From Roseateles microcysteis (GTDB taxonomy: Bacteria; Pseudomonadota; Gammaproteobacteria; Burkholderiales; Burkholderiaceae_C): a stretch of 32,000 bases of DNA. Of the stretch, positions 30,965-32,000 are shown in pieces. The stretch spans positions 191,707 through 223,706 of the forward strand of contig NZ_JBAJMV010000002.1 of the NCBI RefSeq assembly GCF_036880965.1. The letters run 5' to 3'. The notes under the pieces are model-generated. The model saw only the letters and a list, made by a program, of their open reading frames with translations. It did not search any database and was not told the DNA's origin. Each line of letters opens with the position of its first letter. The stretch's first letter is position 1. The translations under genes and the position numbers were made by a program.

Positions 30965-32000
30965 GGTCGTTACCCTCTTTGAGCCCCCCGGCCCTCGATT
31001 TCCAGCGGTGCCAGCGGCCCCGCTTCTTGATCCGCTCGACCGATGGCGCGAAAAGCGGCGCCGGCCGCGTGCAGTTATTGACAGGACTCCAAGGGCGAGC
31101 GGCTGCGCCGCCCGCCTGGGAACCCTTCAGGCGCTGGCGCGCCTGCTCGACGAACCCACCCGGCACGATGAGCCAGGTTGCCCGCTCGCTCTCGACTTCG
31201 CGGCGCACCTGGCGCGTTTGCGGGTAGGCCTTGACGATGCCGAACGCCGGCACGATTTCTCGGACGGTCTCAGCAGTCACCACGCCCACAGCTCGGGGCG
31301 GCATGGCCTCGCCATAGCGGCCCAGCTCGCCAGTCGACTCGCGCAGCACCTTGAGGCGCAGGCTGCCACGCTTGGGCCGGTGGCCGCCTTGGAGCATCAC
31401 ATACCCGGCCCATCCGTTCGCCGCCGTGTATCGCTGCATTGGCTCGCTGGCGGACTCTTGCGCCATGGCTGTGAGGTTCGCGGCATCTAGCCCGAACGCG
31501 ACAACAGCAGAGGCCGCGGCCTGTTCAGGATGCAGCCGGCGCAGCTCTCGCCACACTCCCACAGGCGCCCCGCCGATCTGCTGGAATTGGCGAATCCGCC
31601 ATGTGCTGGCCCAGGCATCGACGCGCTGCGAGCTGGTCAGGGTGTCATTTCCGTACAGGTCTTTTTCGACCTTGTAGCCGTCGATGTTCTTGGCGACGTA
31701 TTTCGCTATGTATCCGGCTGCGCTTCCGCGCTGCCAGTCGATGCGTTCAACCTTGCAGCGGTGCCGACGAGCACCACGCTCGTTTGCCGAATCGTTGTGC
31801 AGAAAATAGCGCCGCAGCAAACGCACCATGACTCGGTACGCTTCACGCGGCCGTCCAGGCTGACGACGCCCCCGAGGAACCGCAGTTTCTGGGAAGAACA
31901 ACAGCGCATGCCAGTGGGGGGTGGCGTCATGGTTTGGCTCTGCGATCCGGAATCCGTACAAGTCAAGGCCGGCTCTGTCGGCCGCAGCCCTGAAGCGGCG
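30942..32000 (-). CDS. Rolling-circle replication initiator, phage GPA (P2 gpA / PM2 P12-like) family; N-terminus outside the window
   Basis: DLYGFRIAEPNHDATPHWHALLFF contains the HUH-type metal-binding motif (HWH plus a hydrophobic stretch) of the GPA family. The reading frame stays open from 31961 to 32000 with no stop. The track start at 31961 is an internal TTG. Confidence 0.7.
   Translation of the reverse strand, partial: RRFRAAADRAGLDLYGFRIAEPNHDATPHWHALLFFPETAVPRGRRQPGRPREAYRVMVRLLRRYFLHNDSANERGARRHRCKVERIDWQRGSAAGYIAKYVAKNIDGYKVEKDLYGNDTLTSSQRVDAWASTWRIRQFQQIGGAPVGVWRELRRLHPEQAAASAVVAFGLDAANLTAMAQESASEPMQRYTAANGWAGYVMLQGGHRPKRGSLRLKVLRESTGELGRYGEAMPPRAVGVVTAETVREIVPAFGIVKAYPQTRQVRREVESERATWLIVPGGFVEQARQRLKGSQAGGAAARPWSPVNNCTRPAPLFAPSVERIKKRGRWHRWKSRAGGLKEGNDHAEIPPP

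Larger units (their letters stand above)
23268..32000. mobile_element. PM2/corticovirus-like (tailless, membrane-containing dsDNA virus) prophage, right end beyond the window
   Basis: Minus-strand, tightly coupled gene set. It has a GPA-type RCR Rep, small regulators, a 203-aa Walker A/B ATPase and a 276-aa beta-rich capsid candidate. It also has at least 8 small TM proteins and an SLT lysin. There are no tail, portal or terminase-like genes. Confidence 0.6.

Noticed and set aside
14692-32000. CRISPR arrays, rRNA/tRNA genes, transposases or integrases in the accessory region
   Set aside because: There are no regularly spaced repeats, no structured RNA genes, and no DDE, tyrosine-recombinase or serine-recombinase motifs in any frame that I could recognise.

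Overview
High-GC chromosome segment, likely betaproteobacterial. It has two parts.

**Core genes (1 to ~14.6 kb).** On the minus strand: a truncated DHA2-type MFS transporter, sdaA, and gcvP-gcvH-gcvT behind a tandem glycine riboswitch. These are followed by an OmpR-family response regulator with its histidine kinase, a DegP/MucD-type protease, a 1116-aa TolB-like beta-propeller/amidohydrolase protein and a secreted hypothetical protein.

**Accessory region (~14.69 kb to the window end).** G+C drops visibly. The region holds two unrelated small-virus prophages in tandem, and neither has an integrase within the window.

1. **Filamentous (inovirus-like) prophage, about 8.6 kb (14694-23279).** On the plus strand it carries a Rep_trans-type replication initiator, a gV-like gene, a major coat protein and a leaderless coat paralog, then pIII-like and pVI-like genes. 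Its Zot/pI assembly ATPase is unusually on the opposite strand and abuts the stop codon of an orphan ParB/KorB-like gene. Six copies of a 16-bp parS-like palindrome (GTTTCGC-NN-GCGAAAC) occur only inside this element.
2. **PM2/corticovirus-like element, at least 8.7 kb (23268 to beyond 32000, minus strand).** It carries a GPA-type rolling-circle Rep (cut by the window edge) and a small FtsK/HerA-like packaging ATPase. It also has a 276-aa candidate double-jelly-roll capsid protein, many small membrane proteins and a lytic transglycosylase.

The inovirus is bracketed by a 12-bp direct repeat (ACATAATACACA) that resembles one arm plus the central region of a dif site. Paralogous HTH genes that resemble the XafT/DUF3653 Xer-activation family sit divergently on either side of the inter-element junction. 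I therefore read the region as an array of Xer-exploiting elements (IMEX) at or near dif.

All family assignments rest on motifs read by eye and need HMM or structure searches to confirm.
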